64,000 nt of DNA, taken from IMG/VR virus record IMGVR_UViG_2836755666_000005, positions 21,275 to 85,274 of that record; one strand, 5' to 3'. Both the position numbers and the translations under genes were made by a program. The DNA is from a virus. Its lineage: Duplodnaviria > Caudoviricetes. The notes beneath the pieces are model-generated. The model ran no database searches. It was not told the DNA's origin and worked only from the letters and a program-made list of their open reading frames with translations. This document shows, piece after piece, positions 1-11,032 of the stretch; position 1 is the stretch's first letter, and every line of letters starts with the position of its first letter.

Positions 1-808
1 GTCGAAGAAATCTGGCGAGGGGCTGTTATCCGACTACTGCGTCACAGTTATGATTTAATTAACCCTGGCCTTCTTCCCGGTCTTGGCCATATCCGTGACA
101 AAAAACATTGGCGGCGTTACTTGAGGGCGCAGTACGGACGTTATTGGAAAGTGCACTTTGCTAAAAAAACGAAAGGGGCATGGCATAGTGTTAAGTACCT
201 CGGTCGCTACCTTAAACGCCCACCGGTATCTGCGTCAAAACTGCGGCATTACCGAGGGGGTGCCGTTGTTCATCACTACCATGACCACCGAACTGGCCAG
301 CATCGGCAGCAGACTCTGCCGCAGGAAGAGATGATTAGACGCTATATAAGCCATATTCCGGCCAGGCATTTTAAAATGGTGCGTTACTCTGGTTTTTTGT
401 CGAATCGTAAACGAGGAAAACTATTGCCGAAAGTGTATAAGGCACTTGAGATGACGGCACGTAAAAAACCGGAGAACCCAGGTTTTTCTGTGCTGATGAA
501 AGGATTTCTGCGTACCGATCCGTACAAATGTATTCTGTGTGGCGACAGGCTGCTTTTCACCGGGGCGCAAATGGGTAAAAAAGCAACGGAATTGTTGTCA
601 GAAAGACTGCATAACCTGGAGAAAAAGCGATGGTTACGCAGCTAAACGCAGGATCAATGTGTCTAAAATAAGGAAATCAGGTTAGAAATTACACTCTCTG
701 AGGAAATGTTAACTGGCACTAAACACAATAAATCGATCCCCATCTCCTTTTTGCAATAAGGGATGGCTTTTGCTACTCACTTTAAAAGCGATTCAATTTC
801 CTAACCAT
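1..808 (+). mobile_element. IS91-family element, copy 1 (3' part, cut by window edge)
   Basis: Transposase C-terminus 121..645 matches copy 2; ends ...caatttcctaaccat followed by GAAC. Confidence 0.9.
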
Positions 809-921
809 GAACGTAGCACGCTACGCGTGAGCGGCGCAGCGGTGCTGCTTCGGGGATGTTAATGAGTTGAGTACTGTTTTATACTCTGCAGTAGGTTAAT
901 TTTTTTCAGGGATTCATCTCG

Positions 922-1380
922 ATGGCTCGCAATAAATCTCCCAGAAAGCGTAAACCGGTTAAATCAGGCAGGCTGCCCGTCACTTCACGTGCCACAACGC
1001 CTGTTTATCTGAAACGTTTTATGATCTCTCTCCCACCCGAAAATGATGATGACAGACCGCCTGAATTTTTTTATGACACCCTAAAAGAAGCCATACGCCA
1101 CTGCGTCCGACTCGGCCCCCAATTTTTTCTCGACACGCAGTATTACCCGCCGCTAGTCACGATTATCAGGAGTTTTGAACAACGCCAAGACCAAGCCGAT
1201 GACGCTGGATACGACTACACTGAGGGGGGAATAACTGAAAGTCTGCCTGCCGATGAATTCATCACCTATACGGAGCTGGGAATAATCCCTGTTTCCTTTG
1301 AACCCTGGGATAAACACACCGATAACTGGGCTGACGAATCTGACAATTTCTGTTTCTTTGGCAAGATGCCCATAAGGTAA
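922..1380 (+). CDS. IS91 accessory ORF (152 aa) upstream of the transposase, positional analogue of IS91 orf121
   Basis: Conserved in the full copies; stop codon abuts the TTG start of the transposase. Confidence 0.7.
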   Translation: MARNKSPRKRKPVKSGRLPVTSRATTPVYLKRFMISLPPENDDDRPPEFFYDTLKEAIRHCVRLGPQFFLDTQYYPPLVTIIRSFEQRQDQADDAGYDYTEGGITESLPADEFITYTELGIIPVSFEPWDKHTDNWADESDNFCFFGKMPIR

Positions 1381-2592
1381 TTGAGTCAGATGTATATCCC
1401 TCGTCCTGCTAAACTACTTTTCACCATTGATGACGGTTGGAATAAATTCCTCGAAAAATACGGCGATAGCGTTAGTTCGTGGACGAGTTTATCTGTGGAG
1501 CGCATGCTTGCCTGCGGCACTTGTGCCATGGGTGTCCGGCGCTATTGTTGCGCTTCGTCTGATTGTTCTCACAGCCGTTTTTTCTGCCAAAGCTGTAAGT
1601 CAAAAGCCTGCAGTTCATGTGGCTTTAAAGCCACCGAGCAGTGGTTAGCACAGCAGGTTCATATTTTACCCGACTGCGACTGGCAACACATTACTTTCAC
1701 CATGCCACATCTCCTTTGGCCTTTTTTTAACAATAACTGGCCGCTACTTAATGCTCTGTTTCGGGCAGCCACTCGAGCTATGCTGCAGTTGGCTCGCAAA
1801 CAGGGTATCGAAATTGGTATTTTCTGTGCCTTGCATACTTATGGCCGGCAACTCAATCAACATCCGCATGTTCATGTTTCCGTCACTCGAGGGGGTTTGG
1901 ATAGTAAACATAGTGTATGGCGAAAGCTGTTTTTCAAAAAAAAGGATGTCGAAGAAATCTGGCGAGGGGCTGTTATCCGACTACTGCGTCACAGTTATGA
2001 TTTAATTAACCCTGGCCTTCTTCCCGGTCTTGGCCATATCCGTGACAAAAAACATTGGCGGCGTTACTTGAGGGCGCAGTACGGACGTTATTGGAAAGTG
2101 CACTTTGCTAAAAAAACGAAAGGGGCATGGCATAGTGTTAAGTACCTCGGTCGCTACCTTAAACGCCCACCGGTATCTGCGTCAAAACTGCGGCATTACC
2201 GAGGGGGTGCCGTTGTTCATCACTACCATGACCACCGAACTGGCCAGCATCGGCAGCAGACTCTGCCGCAGGAAGAGATGATTAGACGCTATATAAGCCA
2301 TATTCCGGCCAGGCATTTTAAAATGGTGCGTTACTCTGGTTTTTTGTCGAATCGTAAACGAGGAAAACTATTGCCGAAAGTGTATAAGGCACTTGAGATG
2401 ACGGCACGTAAAAAACCGGAGAACCCAGGTTTTTCTGTGCTGATGAAAGGATTTCTGCGTACCGATCCGTACAAATGTATTCTGTGTGGCGACAGGCTGC
2501 TTTTCACCGGGGCGCAAATGGGTAAAAAAGCAACGGAATTGTTGTCAGAAAGACTGCATAACCTGGAGAAAAAGCGATGGTTACGCAGCTAA
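1381..2592 (+). CDS. IS91-family HUH/Y2 rolling-circle transposase
   Basis: Cys-rich Zn domain (SCKSKACSSCG), HTYG..HPHVH HUH motif, YLGRYLKRPP, RYSGFL. Confidence 0.95.
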   Translation: MSQMYIPRPAKLLFTIDDGWNKFLEKYGDSVSSWTSLSVERMLACGTCAMGVRRYCCASSDCSHSRFFCQSCKSKACSSCGFKATEQWLAQQVHILPDCDWQHITFTMPHLLWPFFNNNWPLLNALFRAATRAMLQLARKQGIEIGIFCALHTYGRQLNQHPHVHVSVTRGGLDSKHSVWRKLFFKKKDVEEIWRGAVIRLLRHSYDLINPGLLPGLGHIRDKKHWRRYLRAQYGRYWKVHFAKKTKGAWHSVKYLGRYLKRPPVSASKLRHYRGGAVVHHYHDHRTGQHRQQTLPQEEMIRRYISHIPARHFKMVRYSGFLSNRKRGKLLPKVYKALEMTARKKPENPGFSVLMKGFLRTDPYKCILCGDRLLFTGAQMGKKATELLSERLHNLEKKRWLRS

Positions 2593-2951
2593 ACGCAGGA
2601 TCAATGTGTCTAAAATAAGGAAATCAGGTTAGAAATTACACTCTCTGAGGAAATGTTAACTGGCACTAAACACAATAAATCGATCCCCATCTCCTTTTTG
2701 CAATAAGGGATGGCTTTTGCTACTCACTTTAAAAGCGATTCAATTTCCTAACCATGAACGTAGCACGCTACGCGTGAGCGGCGCAGCGGTGCTGCTTCGG
2801 GGATGTTAATGAGTTGAGTACTGTTTTATACTCTGCAGTAGGTTAATTTTTTTCAGGGATTCATCTCGATGGCTCGCAATAAATCTCCCAGAAAGCGTAA
2901 ACCGGTTAAATCAGGCAGGCTGTGTAATGGTCAACAAATTCTGTAGAAGAT

Positions 2952-3800
2952 CTAAGCGGCATTTTTTAGTTCATGATATTTTTGATGTGGCGTTAAATAA
3001 CCAATCGTTGAATGGCGTCGATAATAATTGTAAAACTGAATATAATTTTCAACTTCACAGACAACAGATTGATGATTCATAAACGATAAACGGTTAAGTC
3101 TTTCTGTCTTTAAACTCCTAAAAAATCTTTCCATCACGGCATTATCGAGGCAATTACCTCGCCGACTCATGCTTTGAGTTATTTTCCGTTCAAAGAGGTG
3201 CGCCCTAAACTCCTCCGATGAATATTGGCAACCTTGATCTGAATGGAACATCAAACTTGTCGTATCCGGTAATTGCCGTTCAATTGCGTTATCTAAGGCT
3301 TCTTTCACTAATTTCGAATCCGGTTTTGTTGATAAGGCATAACCAATAATTTCTTTGGTGGCTAAATCCAACACACAGGCTAAATAGCTCCACCCATAGT
3401 GATGTCTAATATACGTGATATCCCCGACATAATAGTGATTATGCTGTTCAGGGGAAAATTGTCGTTTAAGCAAATTAGGGGCATATCGATGTTCGTTACC
3501 CAATGAGTGATAGTAGTGCTTTTTCGTTGGTCTAATTGCAACTAATTGATTTAATTTCATGATGTTCGATATTTTATAAGTGCCAATTTGGTGCCCTAAA
3601 CCCTTTAACTCGGCTTGAATACGTCTTTTGCCATAAATTTGACCCGATGTATAAAAAATACGTTTGATTTCGCCACACAGTCTTTCATTTTCAACTGTCG
3701 GTATTTTCGTTTCATAATAAAAACTACTGCTGCTTACTTCAAAAAGATGGCATAACTCAGTGACCGTAAAATTGGAGTACATGATTTTCAGTTGCTTCAC
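2952..3800 (-). CDS. IS3 OrfB DDE transposase
   Basis: GDITYI, FHSDQGCQY, SRRGNCLDNAVMERFFRSLKTE. Confidence 0.93.
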   Translation of the reverse strand: MKQLKIMYSNFTVTELCHLFEVSSSSFYYETKIPTVENERLCGEIKRIFYTSGQIYGKRRIQAELKGLGHQIGTYKISNIMKLNQLVAIRPTKKHYYHSLGNEHRYAPNLLKRQFSPEQHNHYYVGDITYIRHHYGWSYLACVLDLATKEIIGYALSTKPDSKLVKEALDNAIERQLPDTTSLMFHSDQGCQYSSEEFRAHLFERKITQSMSRRGNCLDNAVMERFFRSLKTERLNRLSFMNHQSVVCEVENYIQFYNYYRRHSTIGYLTPHQKYHELKNAA

Positions 3801-4111
3801 GATTTTGAGTTTTGATTGTCGAGGATGAAGTAAGCCGCGGCTTTTTTTAATATGTCATTATCCCTCTGAGCACGCTTAAGTTGAACTTCTAATTCTTGTA
3901 TGCGCTGTTGCTCGGGTGTTAACGCTTTTGATTTTACAGGCGTATTCCCATTTAACTCGGCAAGATATTGTTGCTTCCATCGTGATACGGCAGATTTACC
4001 CGCACCGGATATTTTTTCAACTTGGATATTGCTATATCCACCTTCAACCATGAGTTTTGCATATTCCAGTTTTTGCTTTCCGCTAAAGGTTACTTTTACT
4101 TTTCGGGTCAT
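3797..4111 (-). CDS. IS3 OrfA HTH protein; A7G slippery site near 3841-3848
   Basis: HTH plus coiled coil ending DILKKAAAYF; overlaps orfB. Confidence 0.88.
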   Translation of the reverse strand: MTRKVKVTFSGKQKLEYAKLMVEGGYSNIQVEKISGAGKSAVSRWKQQYLAELNGNTPVKSKALTPEQQRIQELEVQLKRAQRDNDILKKAAAYFILDNQNSKS

Positions 4112-5816
4112 ATTTATACCTATAAGATTTTGCTTAATTATAAGCTATAAATCTCTACAGTTTTATTAGACCACTACACCCGCCGCTAGTCACGATTATC
4201 AGGGGTTTTGAACAACGCCAAGACCAAGCCGATGACGCTGGATACGACTACACTGAGGGGGGAATAACTGAAAGTCTGCCTGCCGATGAATTCATCACCT
4301 ATACGGAGCTAGGAATAATCCCTGTTTCCTTTGAACCCTGGGATAAACACACCGATAACTGGGCTGACGAATCTGACAATTTCTGTTTCTTTGGCAAGAT
4401 GCCCATAAGGTAATTGAGTCAGATGTATATCCCTCGTCCTGCTAAACTACTTTTCACCATTGATGACGGTTGGAATAAATTCCTCGAAAAATACGGCGAT
4501 AGCGTTAGTTCGTGGACGAGTTTATCTGTGGAGCGCATGCTTGCCTGCGGCACTTGTGCCATGGGTGTCCGGCGCTATTGTTGCGCTTCGTCTGATTGTT
4601 CTCACAGCCGTTTTTTCTGCCAAAGCTGTAAGTCAAAAGCCTGCAGTTCATGTGGCTTTAAAGCCACCGAGCAGTGGTTAGCACAGCAGGTTCATATTTT
4701 ACCCGACTGCGACTGGCAACACATTACTTTCACCATGCCACATCTCCTTTGGCCTTTTTTTAACAATAACTGGCCGCTACTTAATGCTCTGTTTCGGGCA
4801 GCCACTCGAGCTATGCTGCAGTTGGCTCGCAAACAGGGTATCGAAATTGGTATTTTCTGTGCCTTGCATACTTATGGCCGGCAACTCAATCAACATCCGC
4901 ATGTTCATGTTTCCGTCACTCGAGGGGGTTTGGATAGTAAACATAGTGTATGGCGAAAGCTGTTTTTCAAAAAAAAGGATGTCGAAGAAATCTGGCGAGG
5001 GGGCTGTTATCCGACTACTGCGTCACAGTTATGATTTAATTAACCCTGGCCTTCTTCCCGGTCTTGGCCATATCCGTGACAAAAAACATTGGCGGCGTTA
5101 CTTGAGGGCGCAGTACGGACGTTATTGGAAAGTGCACTTTGCTAAAAAAACGAAAGGGGCATGGCATAGTGTTAAGTACCTCGGTCGCTACCTTAAACGC
5201 CCACCGGTATCTGCGTCAAAACTGCGGCATTACCGAGGGGGTACCGTTGTTCATCACTACCATGACCACCGAACTGGCCAGCATCGGCAGCAGACTCTGC
5301 CGCAGGAAGAGATGATTAGACGCTATATAAGCCATATTCCGGCCAGGCATTTTAAAATGGTGCGTTACTCTGGTTTTTTGTCGAATCGTAAACGGGGAAA
5401 ACTATTGCCGAAAGTGTATAAGGCACTTGAGATGACGGCACGTAAAAAACCGGAGAACCCAGGTTTTTCTGTGCTGATGAAAGGATTTCTGCGTACCGAT
5501 CCGTACAAATGTATTCTGTGTGGCGACAGGCTGCTTTTCACCGGGGCGCAAATGGGTAAAAAAGCAACGGAATTGTTGTCAGAAAGACTGCATAACCTGG
5601 AGAAAAAGCGATGGTTACGCAGCTAAACGCAGGATCAATGTGTCTAAAATAAGGAAATCAGGTTAGAAATTACACTCTCTGAGGAAATGTTAACTGGCAC
5701 TAAACACAATAAATCGATCCCCATCTCCTTTTTGCAATAAGGGATGGCTTTTGCTACTCACTTTAAAAGCGATTCAATTTCCTAACCATCAAGATAACAT
5801 AATTACTTATTATTTT

Positions 5817-6761
5817 TCATTTTCCACCTCGCTTAGCTGCCAGTGAATTTTTTAACTTATAAATCTCACGCTTACCTTTTTCCCTTTGTTGCTCTTTCTT
5901 TTCCTGTTCCGCCGTCAGATTACGGTTATTAAAAATCACCATATCCACTTTTGAATCGTAACGAACACTGTAATCAGGTAAGTCATTCGCTTTAGCCAGT
6001 TGCTTAATGTTATGTCTGAACATTTTCAACAATGCAGTGCTTCCTGTTTTTAAATGCAATTTTTCAAGGGATATCGTAAACTCCCCCTGATTACCACAAT
6101 GCTTACGAGCAATTTCATAAAGTCGCCTGTCTATTGCTTTTCTGATACGGAAGTAATCGTGACTGATTTTTAGCATTTTCTTTTTATGTAAAGCCTGGTA
6201 GAGCCAGTCAGGTAGCGTTACCTCTACCATCCCGATATCCAACTTGCCTTTTTTTTCTTCTAAAAAAAACCATTTATCAATCAGTCCAAAGTTTTCTGTT
6301 TTCCTAGAATCATCAGAGTATATGATATTTGTTTCGATTCTAGTACCTGCAAGACGAGCTAATGCCTTTCTTAAATCATCGTATGCTCTACCACTTTTAT
6401 CTCTGTTGGTCGTGACAAAAAAATCATATGGTGTAAAACAAACTGTTCTGCTTATTTCTTCATGATTATTCATCGCTTCCTGTAACTTTGATATACTATA
6501 AATCCATATATCTTTATCAAAAATTGTTGCTAGTCCAATTACAGATGGAGGACTAACCATCAAAGTTACATTGCCATTTTTATATTCTCTAACCTTGGTA
6601 TCTCCTCCTTTCATGGCAAAAAATGGATGTTCCATGCTAGCAATTTCATCTCTAAAACTTGAAATTTCCACTTCATCAGCAATAAAAAATTCCAGTTCAT
6701 GTTTACGGGGTCGTAATGTTTTCAAGTTACTTACTCTCTGATTACTTGTATGATCTGCCAT
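5817..6761 (-). CDS. Plasmid replication initiator protein A (RPA family)
   Basis: SMEHPFF, GLATIFDKDIWIY, VTLPDWLY, RRLYEIARKHCG; iterons and DnaA boxes upstream. Confidence 0.85.
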   Translation of the reverse strand: MADHTSNQRVSNLKTLRPRKHELEFFIADEVEISSFRDEIASMEHPFFAMKGGDTKVREYKNGNVTLMVSPPSVIGLATIFDKDIWIYSISKLQEAMNNHEEISRTVCFTPYDFFVTTNRDKSGRAYDDLRKALARLAGTRIETNIIYSDDSRKTENFGLIDKWFFLEEKKGKLDIGMVEVTLPDWLYQALHKKKMLKISHDYFRIRKAIDRRLYEIARKHCGNQGEFTISLEKLHLKTGSTALLKMFRHNIKQLAKANDLPDYSVRYDSKVDMVIFNNRNLTAEQEKKEQQREKGKREIYKLKNSLAAKRGGK

Positions 6762-6832
6762 AGCTTCAATCCTATCTATCCTAGGGTTGTTAGTCAGAGA
6801 CGGTTAGATGCTAGTAACATCTAGCCGTTTCG
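6762..6832 (+). ncRNA. Putative antisense RNA over the repA RBS, ending in hairpin 6797-6831
   Basis: Stem gagacggttagatg/catctagccgtttc pairs fully with G.U on the + strand; TATGAT -10-like hexamer lies in the first repA codons. Confidence 0.45.
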
Positions 6833-6834
6833 CT

Positions 6835-7056
6835 ATTCGGCTTTTAAAAACCAAAACAAGAAAAAACACCGCTCCAAGATGTGGATAACGTAAAAATCAT
6901 TCGGCTTTTAAAAACTTTTGAATCGGCTTTTAAAAACCAACAAGTAGTAAAATTTATTGTATTTCATATACTTACACAAAAAAATCCTTTAACTTGTTTA
7001 ACTTATACATAACTAATCTTTTAATCAGGTTTTACCCTCTTGAGTCTGTGGATAAC
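6835..7056. promoter_or_regulatory. Plasmid origin: three tcggcttttaaaaac iterons, AT-rich tract, DnaA boxes at 6880 and 7047
   Basis: Direct repeats and TGTGGATAA boxes seen directly. Confidence 0.8.
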
Positions 7057-7100
7057 TTTTTTTTCTAACAAAACCCTAAACCCAAAAATAGGTGACTACT

Positions 7101-7200
7101 GAGTGACCGTATTTCTCTTTTGCAATTGTGATATTCCGCTTCCTCGTCTGTTCACTCGCTACGCTCGGTCACAGACTGGCGGCGAGCGGCGGGATTTTAA
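7101..7200. other. ColE1-like primosome assembly/ssi-type element
   Basis: ttccgcttcctcg..actcgctacgctcggtc..gcggcgagcgg resembles the ColE1/pBR322 pas region; recurs 6 times in the window. Confidence 0.55.
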
Positions 7201-7302
7201 TAAAAAAGATTTTTTTGAGTTAATTAACACTGAAACATTGCACTACCCAGTTACTACCGCTAGCATCTCTAGAATTGACTTATCCATTAATTCAGGCACA
7301 AC

Positions 7303-7575
7303 ATGAACAAAACAGAAGTCATTAATCAAATCGCTGAAAAAACCAACTTAACAAAAAAAGATTCAGAGAAAGCACTGAACACTTTCATTGAAACCGTGAC
7401 AGAAACGCTAAAGGCAGGAGATGAAGTACAACTCGTTGGCTTTGGCAACTTTCAAGTTAAGCAACGCGCAGCCAGAGATGGACGTAATCCTAAAACGGGC
7501 GAGACACTTAAAATTGCTGCTGCAAACGTACCGAGTTTTAAAGCGGGTAAGACTTTGAAAGAAGCCGTCAAATAA
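7303..7575 (+). CDS. HU-family histone-like DNA-binding protein
   Basis: [29 protein letters not shown]. Confidence 0.95.
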   Translation: MNKTEVINQIAEKTNLTKKDSEKALNTFIETVTETLKAGDEVQLVGFGNFQVKQRAARDGRNPKTGETLKIAAANVPSFKAGKTLKEAVK

Positions 7576-7691
7576 CTGACCGAAATTGATGTACGAATTA
7601 AAACACCTGTACGGAACATAATTTACCTATTTTTGTACAGGTGTTTTGGATGATGTCCGAAACCGAACGTTTTTGTACTTCCAGTAATACA

Positions 7692-8918
7692 CTATAGCGT
7701 ATCCAGAAAAGAGACTGAGCCTTTGATATACCCGTCCAAAGAATAACGCACTGCGTCCCAACAGTGATTGTGAGCATCAACAATGACAGGCAGAACATCA
7801 CCCGTATTACGGTCAATTTTGTACGAATATAGCCGCGCTTCTTCAATTGTGTGTTTGCAACGCGGGTGAATAATGATTTTTTTGAAGCCTCGTAGGTGCG
7901 CGATGCCGTCTTCTACGCTACCATTCCATTTAGATGCCGGAGCAATATTAAAGCCCTGTCGTTTTAAGTAGCTGATAGTCTCTGGTCTGCTGTTGTCTGC
8001 TTTAATTGGCCAACGTCTTGTTTCCGGTATCGCTTGATAGAATTGAGGTAGTGCGTCCAATTCCACGCCAACCTTGTAGGCTTCGTATTCAACGTACAGA
8101 CAGTCACCAAGGATGAAACTACGTATCAGGGTGCTAGGGTCATTCGAAAATCCAAAATCGGCTCCAAACAACAATCGGTCTGCTTTTTTCCAGAGATCAT
8201 CATCAAACTCAACAACATCATATTTGCCGTTCAATACTTGCTTATTGGAATTTTCCAAATAAGCCCCTTCCCAAATCCACGCATAGGTATTGGCATCAAG
8301 CCGGATCCGGTCGTTTTTCCGGTCTTCCTCCAAAACATTAGGAAACCACGGATTGTCATTGTAGTTAAGATCAACCGAAATACAGTTACTTGGTTTTTTC
8401 TGTCTGAAGCGAACATCGGTTGCGCTCCCTTTTCGCTCAGGATTCCACGTCACCCAAATTTCAGAGCCTTCTTCTCGCACCGTAGGGATTAATTTTTGCC
8501 ATGCGTACTCTGGTACGTTTTCAGCCTCATCTATCCAGCAGAACAAAATTGATGATTTTGATTTTAGGCTATCCAAGTTATGCCTTAATCCACAAAATAC
8601 AAAAGAAACCCGCTTGTCTTTGGTACGAATATATCTTTCACCAATATCAAAAAAAGGATTAAGCCAACTGACGCTTTGTATTGCCTGTTTCACTTCCTGC
8701 ATACTCGAGTCTTCAAGTGAGTTCATGAATTCACGGGCACAAAGTATCACGCCTTTTTTGCCCACCCTTGCTGCATTAAAAGCATTAACCGCCAACATCA
8801 ACGCAAAGGTACGGGTTTTTCCACTTCCTCGCCCACCGTAAGCGCAACGATAACGAGCACAACGGTTAAAAACCTTAACGAGTTTTGGAGGAATTTTAAC
8901 GGTTGCTATTTTCATCAT
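7692..8918 (-). CDS. Phage terminase large subunit (PBSX-like)
   Basis: YGGRGSGKT Walker A, WIDEAE Walker B, GADFGFSNDP, HNHCWDAVRY nuclease motifs. Confidence 0.93.
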   Translation of the reverse strand: MMKIATVKIPPKLVKVFNRCARYRCAYGGRGSGKTRTFALMLAVNAFNAARVGKKGVILCAREFMNSLEDSSMQEVKQAIQSVSWLNPFFDIGERYIRTKDKRVSFVFCGLRHNLDSLKSKSSILFCWIDEAENVPEYAWQKLIPTVREEGSEIWVTWNPERKGSATDVRFRQKKPSNCISVDLNYNDNPWFPNVLEEDRKNDRIRLDANTYAWIWEGAYLENSNKQVLNGKYDVVEFDDDLWKKADRLLFGADFGFSNDPSTLIRSFILGDCLYVEYEAYKVGVELDALPQFYQAIPETRRWPIKADNSRPETISYLKRQGFNIAPASKWNGSVEDGIAHLRGFKKIIIHPRCKHTIEEARLYSYKIDRNTGDVLPVIVDAHNHCWDAVRYSLDGYIKGSVSFLDTL

Positions 8919-9480
8919 GTTTAAATTTTCCACCGATAACTTGAATGACAGAAGGGAAAATATCTTGTGATTCATCAAGTCCCGATGCTTGTTTGATTTC
9001 TAGCAATAGCGTGTTAGGGACGGGTATACCTTCTATCTCAATAAGTTGACCAGCTTGAAGCGGAGTAATTTCCCCTGAATTCTTTCGTTCTAGAATTGTT
9101 TGCAAATAACATATTTTTTCTTCTTCCTGAGACATAATCACACTACTTAATCCAATCTTCTCAAAAACGGCAATATCATTGTGGGTAGGGTGTATTTCCT
9201 TGATACTTTCGCTTTCACCGTCAGGGGTCTTATTGATAGTTTTCATTTTTCTGACATCAAGGTTTTTTACCGCCGTTTTTATTATCTTTTCTCTAATCAT
9301 CGATAGAGCTTCACCAAAAGCCCTATCAAAATCATAATACTCACGCCTCCAATTTCTGATAGTTTTCTCATCGATAGCAAGACGTTTTGCGATCATTCGA
9401 TTAGAAACTTTGCCATTCGCTAGCGCTACATCACGGACAAAATCAATGTAGTTTTTCTTAAAAACTATTCTCGCTGGCAT
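8896..9480 (-). CDS. Probable terminase small subunit
   Basis: N-terminal HTH (IAKRLAIDEKTIRNW); overlaps the terL start. Confidence 0.7.
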   Translation of the reverse strand: MPARIVFKKNYIDFVRDVALANGKVSNRMIAKRLAIDEKTIRNWRREYYDFDRAFGEALSMIREKIIKTAVKNLDVRKMKTINKTPDGESESIKEIHPTHNDIAVFEKIGLSSVIMSQEEEKICYLQTILERKNSGEITPLQAGQLIEIEGIPVPNTLLLEIKQASGLDESQDIFPSVIQVIGGKFKHDENSNR

Positions 9481-9746
9481 GACTTACCTTCAATTAATTT
9501 AACATTTGTGCAACAAACCAGAGAATCCGCATTTTGGGTGCGGACAGATTTTGCGGAAACCGTAGAGAAAAATTTTAATCGGGTGTTTAAGTTAAGTGAG
9601 TTATCCACTGCGGAAATAGGATTAAAAAAAATGCGGAAATAGACGTTTTTGGCTATTCTGTGATTTATCCTGCTGAATCCCTTTGATAGCAAAAAAGTAA
9701 GGATTTAACCCCATTTACCTTAATGGTTAAAAAATAAACGCAAATG

Positions 9747-10740
9747 TTAAAAATTTAACTCGAAAATTGACCCTGAAAATCGCCCATAAATATTTGACGT
9801 CGTCTCAATGTTTTTGTGACCCAACATTTTAGAAATAACGTGAATATCATTGTGTTTTTTGATAAGACGTACCGCAGCAAAATGCCGTAAGTTGTGAAAT
9901 TTCCCAATCCGGTATTTTTCCAGTAATTCCTTAACGATTCCTGTCGTACTGTAATTTAATGACAACCTTTTCCCTGATTGACTGGTGATTAAAGGCTCAT
10001 TTAAACTAAGTTTGGTTTTATCCAATAAATCCAATAATGCTTTTGGTATAGGCAACAATCGTTGAACGTCCGCTTTTAAACCTTCAATAACACCGTTTCG
10101 TGTGACATGTTTTGAGATATTCAAATACTCCCCTTGAATATCGCTATAGTCCAATGCCAGTATTTCACTTATCCGAAGCCCAATCACCGACGCCAAGATG
10201 AAGGCTATCTTTTCTCTGACGGGCGCAACTTCGATCATCCTATCCACATTCTCAAAAGCAGGAATGAAAATAGGCTTTTCGACTTTCTTTTTCAGTTTTG
10301 GAATTGGACTCACGCCAATATTCCGCATTTCTTTTAACAGCAAATAGGCAGAATGCAGATATTTAAGGCTATTCTCAGGTAAGCCATTAAATTCACGCGG
10401 GCGAATATGCAACGCCAATTTTGACTGCAACGTTTCGTCAATCGAAAATAACGCATGTTTAATCGTATCGAGCGAACTTTTCCGCAAATGCCCCGTTTCA
10501 CATTGTGAGACTTTTTTGCCTATATAGAATTGAATCAGTTTGCGAAGATGCCAGTCTCGGCATCGCTCTTTTTCTTTTGCCGTCATCGACAAAAAACCGC
10601 TCGGATTCACTTAGAAAAAGAAAACGGCACGCCGCATCCAGCGTTTTAAAACTTTTGTGAAATCGCCCTGCTGTATTTTCGTAATGCACACGAAAACCCT
10701 CGCTACCGTGGCGAGTTTTGAGTAATTTGATTGAGCTCAT
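9747..10740 (-). CDS. Tyrosine recombinase/integrase (frameshift in a homopolymer run near 10595)
   Basis: GLRISEIL, FHNLRH, MLGH, IY catalytic motifs; N-terminus lies in ORF 10498..10740. Confidence 0.85.
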
Positions 10741-11032
10741 TTTAGTGATTTGATGTGGAAAAAATCTTTAATCTGAATTAAGGACAGTAAATAAATTCGT
10801 TACCTATTTTGTCTTCGAATAAGCCAGCAATTCAGTTACTTGTAAACCAAATTTTGTTATCTCCCTTATAAAAAGGAGTAATACTTTTCTCTTTAAAAGT
10901 TAAAACGGTATTCATCGTACTTTTCCTTATAGAAAATCGAACCTGCTCACACATAAAAAGCAGCATTTTAAACGGCGATTATCAGGCTCGACTTTCCTGT
11001 AAGGTTCTGTGTTTGATTAATACGAGGGATGT

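Larger units (their letters stand above)
809..2755 (+). mobile_element. IS91-family element, complete 1947-bp copy 2 (in tandem with copies 1 and 3)
   Basis: Starts GAACgtagcacgctacgc (terIS-like), ends cctaaccat (oriIS-like); contains orf152 and the transposase. Confidence 0.92.
2923..4178 (-). mobile_element. IS3-family insertion sequence
   Basis: Imperfect 25-bp terminal inverted repeats tgtaatggtcaacaaattctgtaga / tctacagttttattagaccactaca; orfA plus orfB. Confidence 0.92.
2756..5789 (+). mobile_element. IS91 copy 3, interrupted by IS3; transposase 4414..5626 frameshifted in a G-run near 5000
   Basis: Same termini; ends cctaaccat then CAAG (5790-5793); G5 versus G4 in other copies. Confidence 0.88.

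Noticed and set aside
1427-2005. Alternate-frame ORFs in the IS91 transposase and antisense ORFs in the tail and recE genes
   Set aside because: Shadow ORFs, repeated only because the host gene is repeated.
7103-7306. ORFs over the pas-like arms (7103, 21350, 54237, 57556, 59465)
   Set aside because: Frames and strands are not conserved between copies; the element is non-coding.
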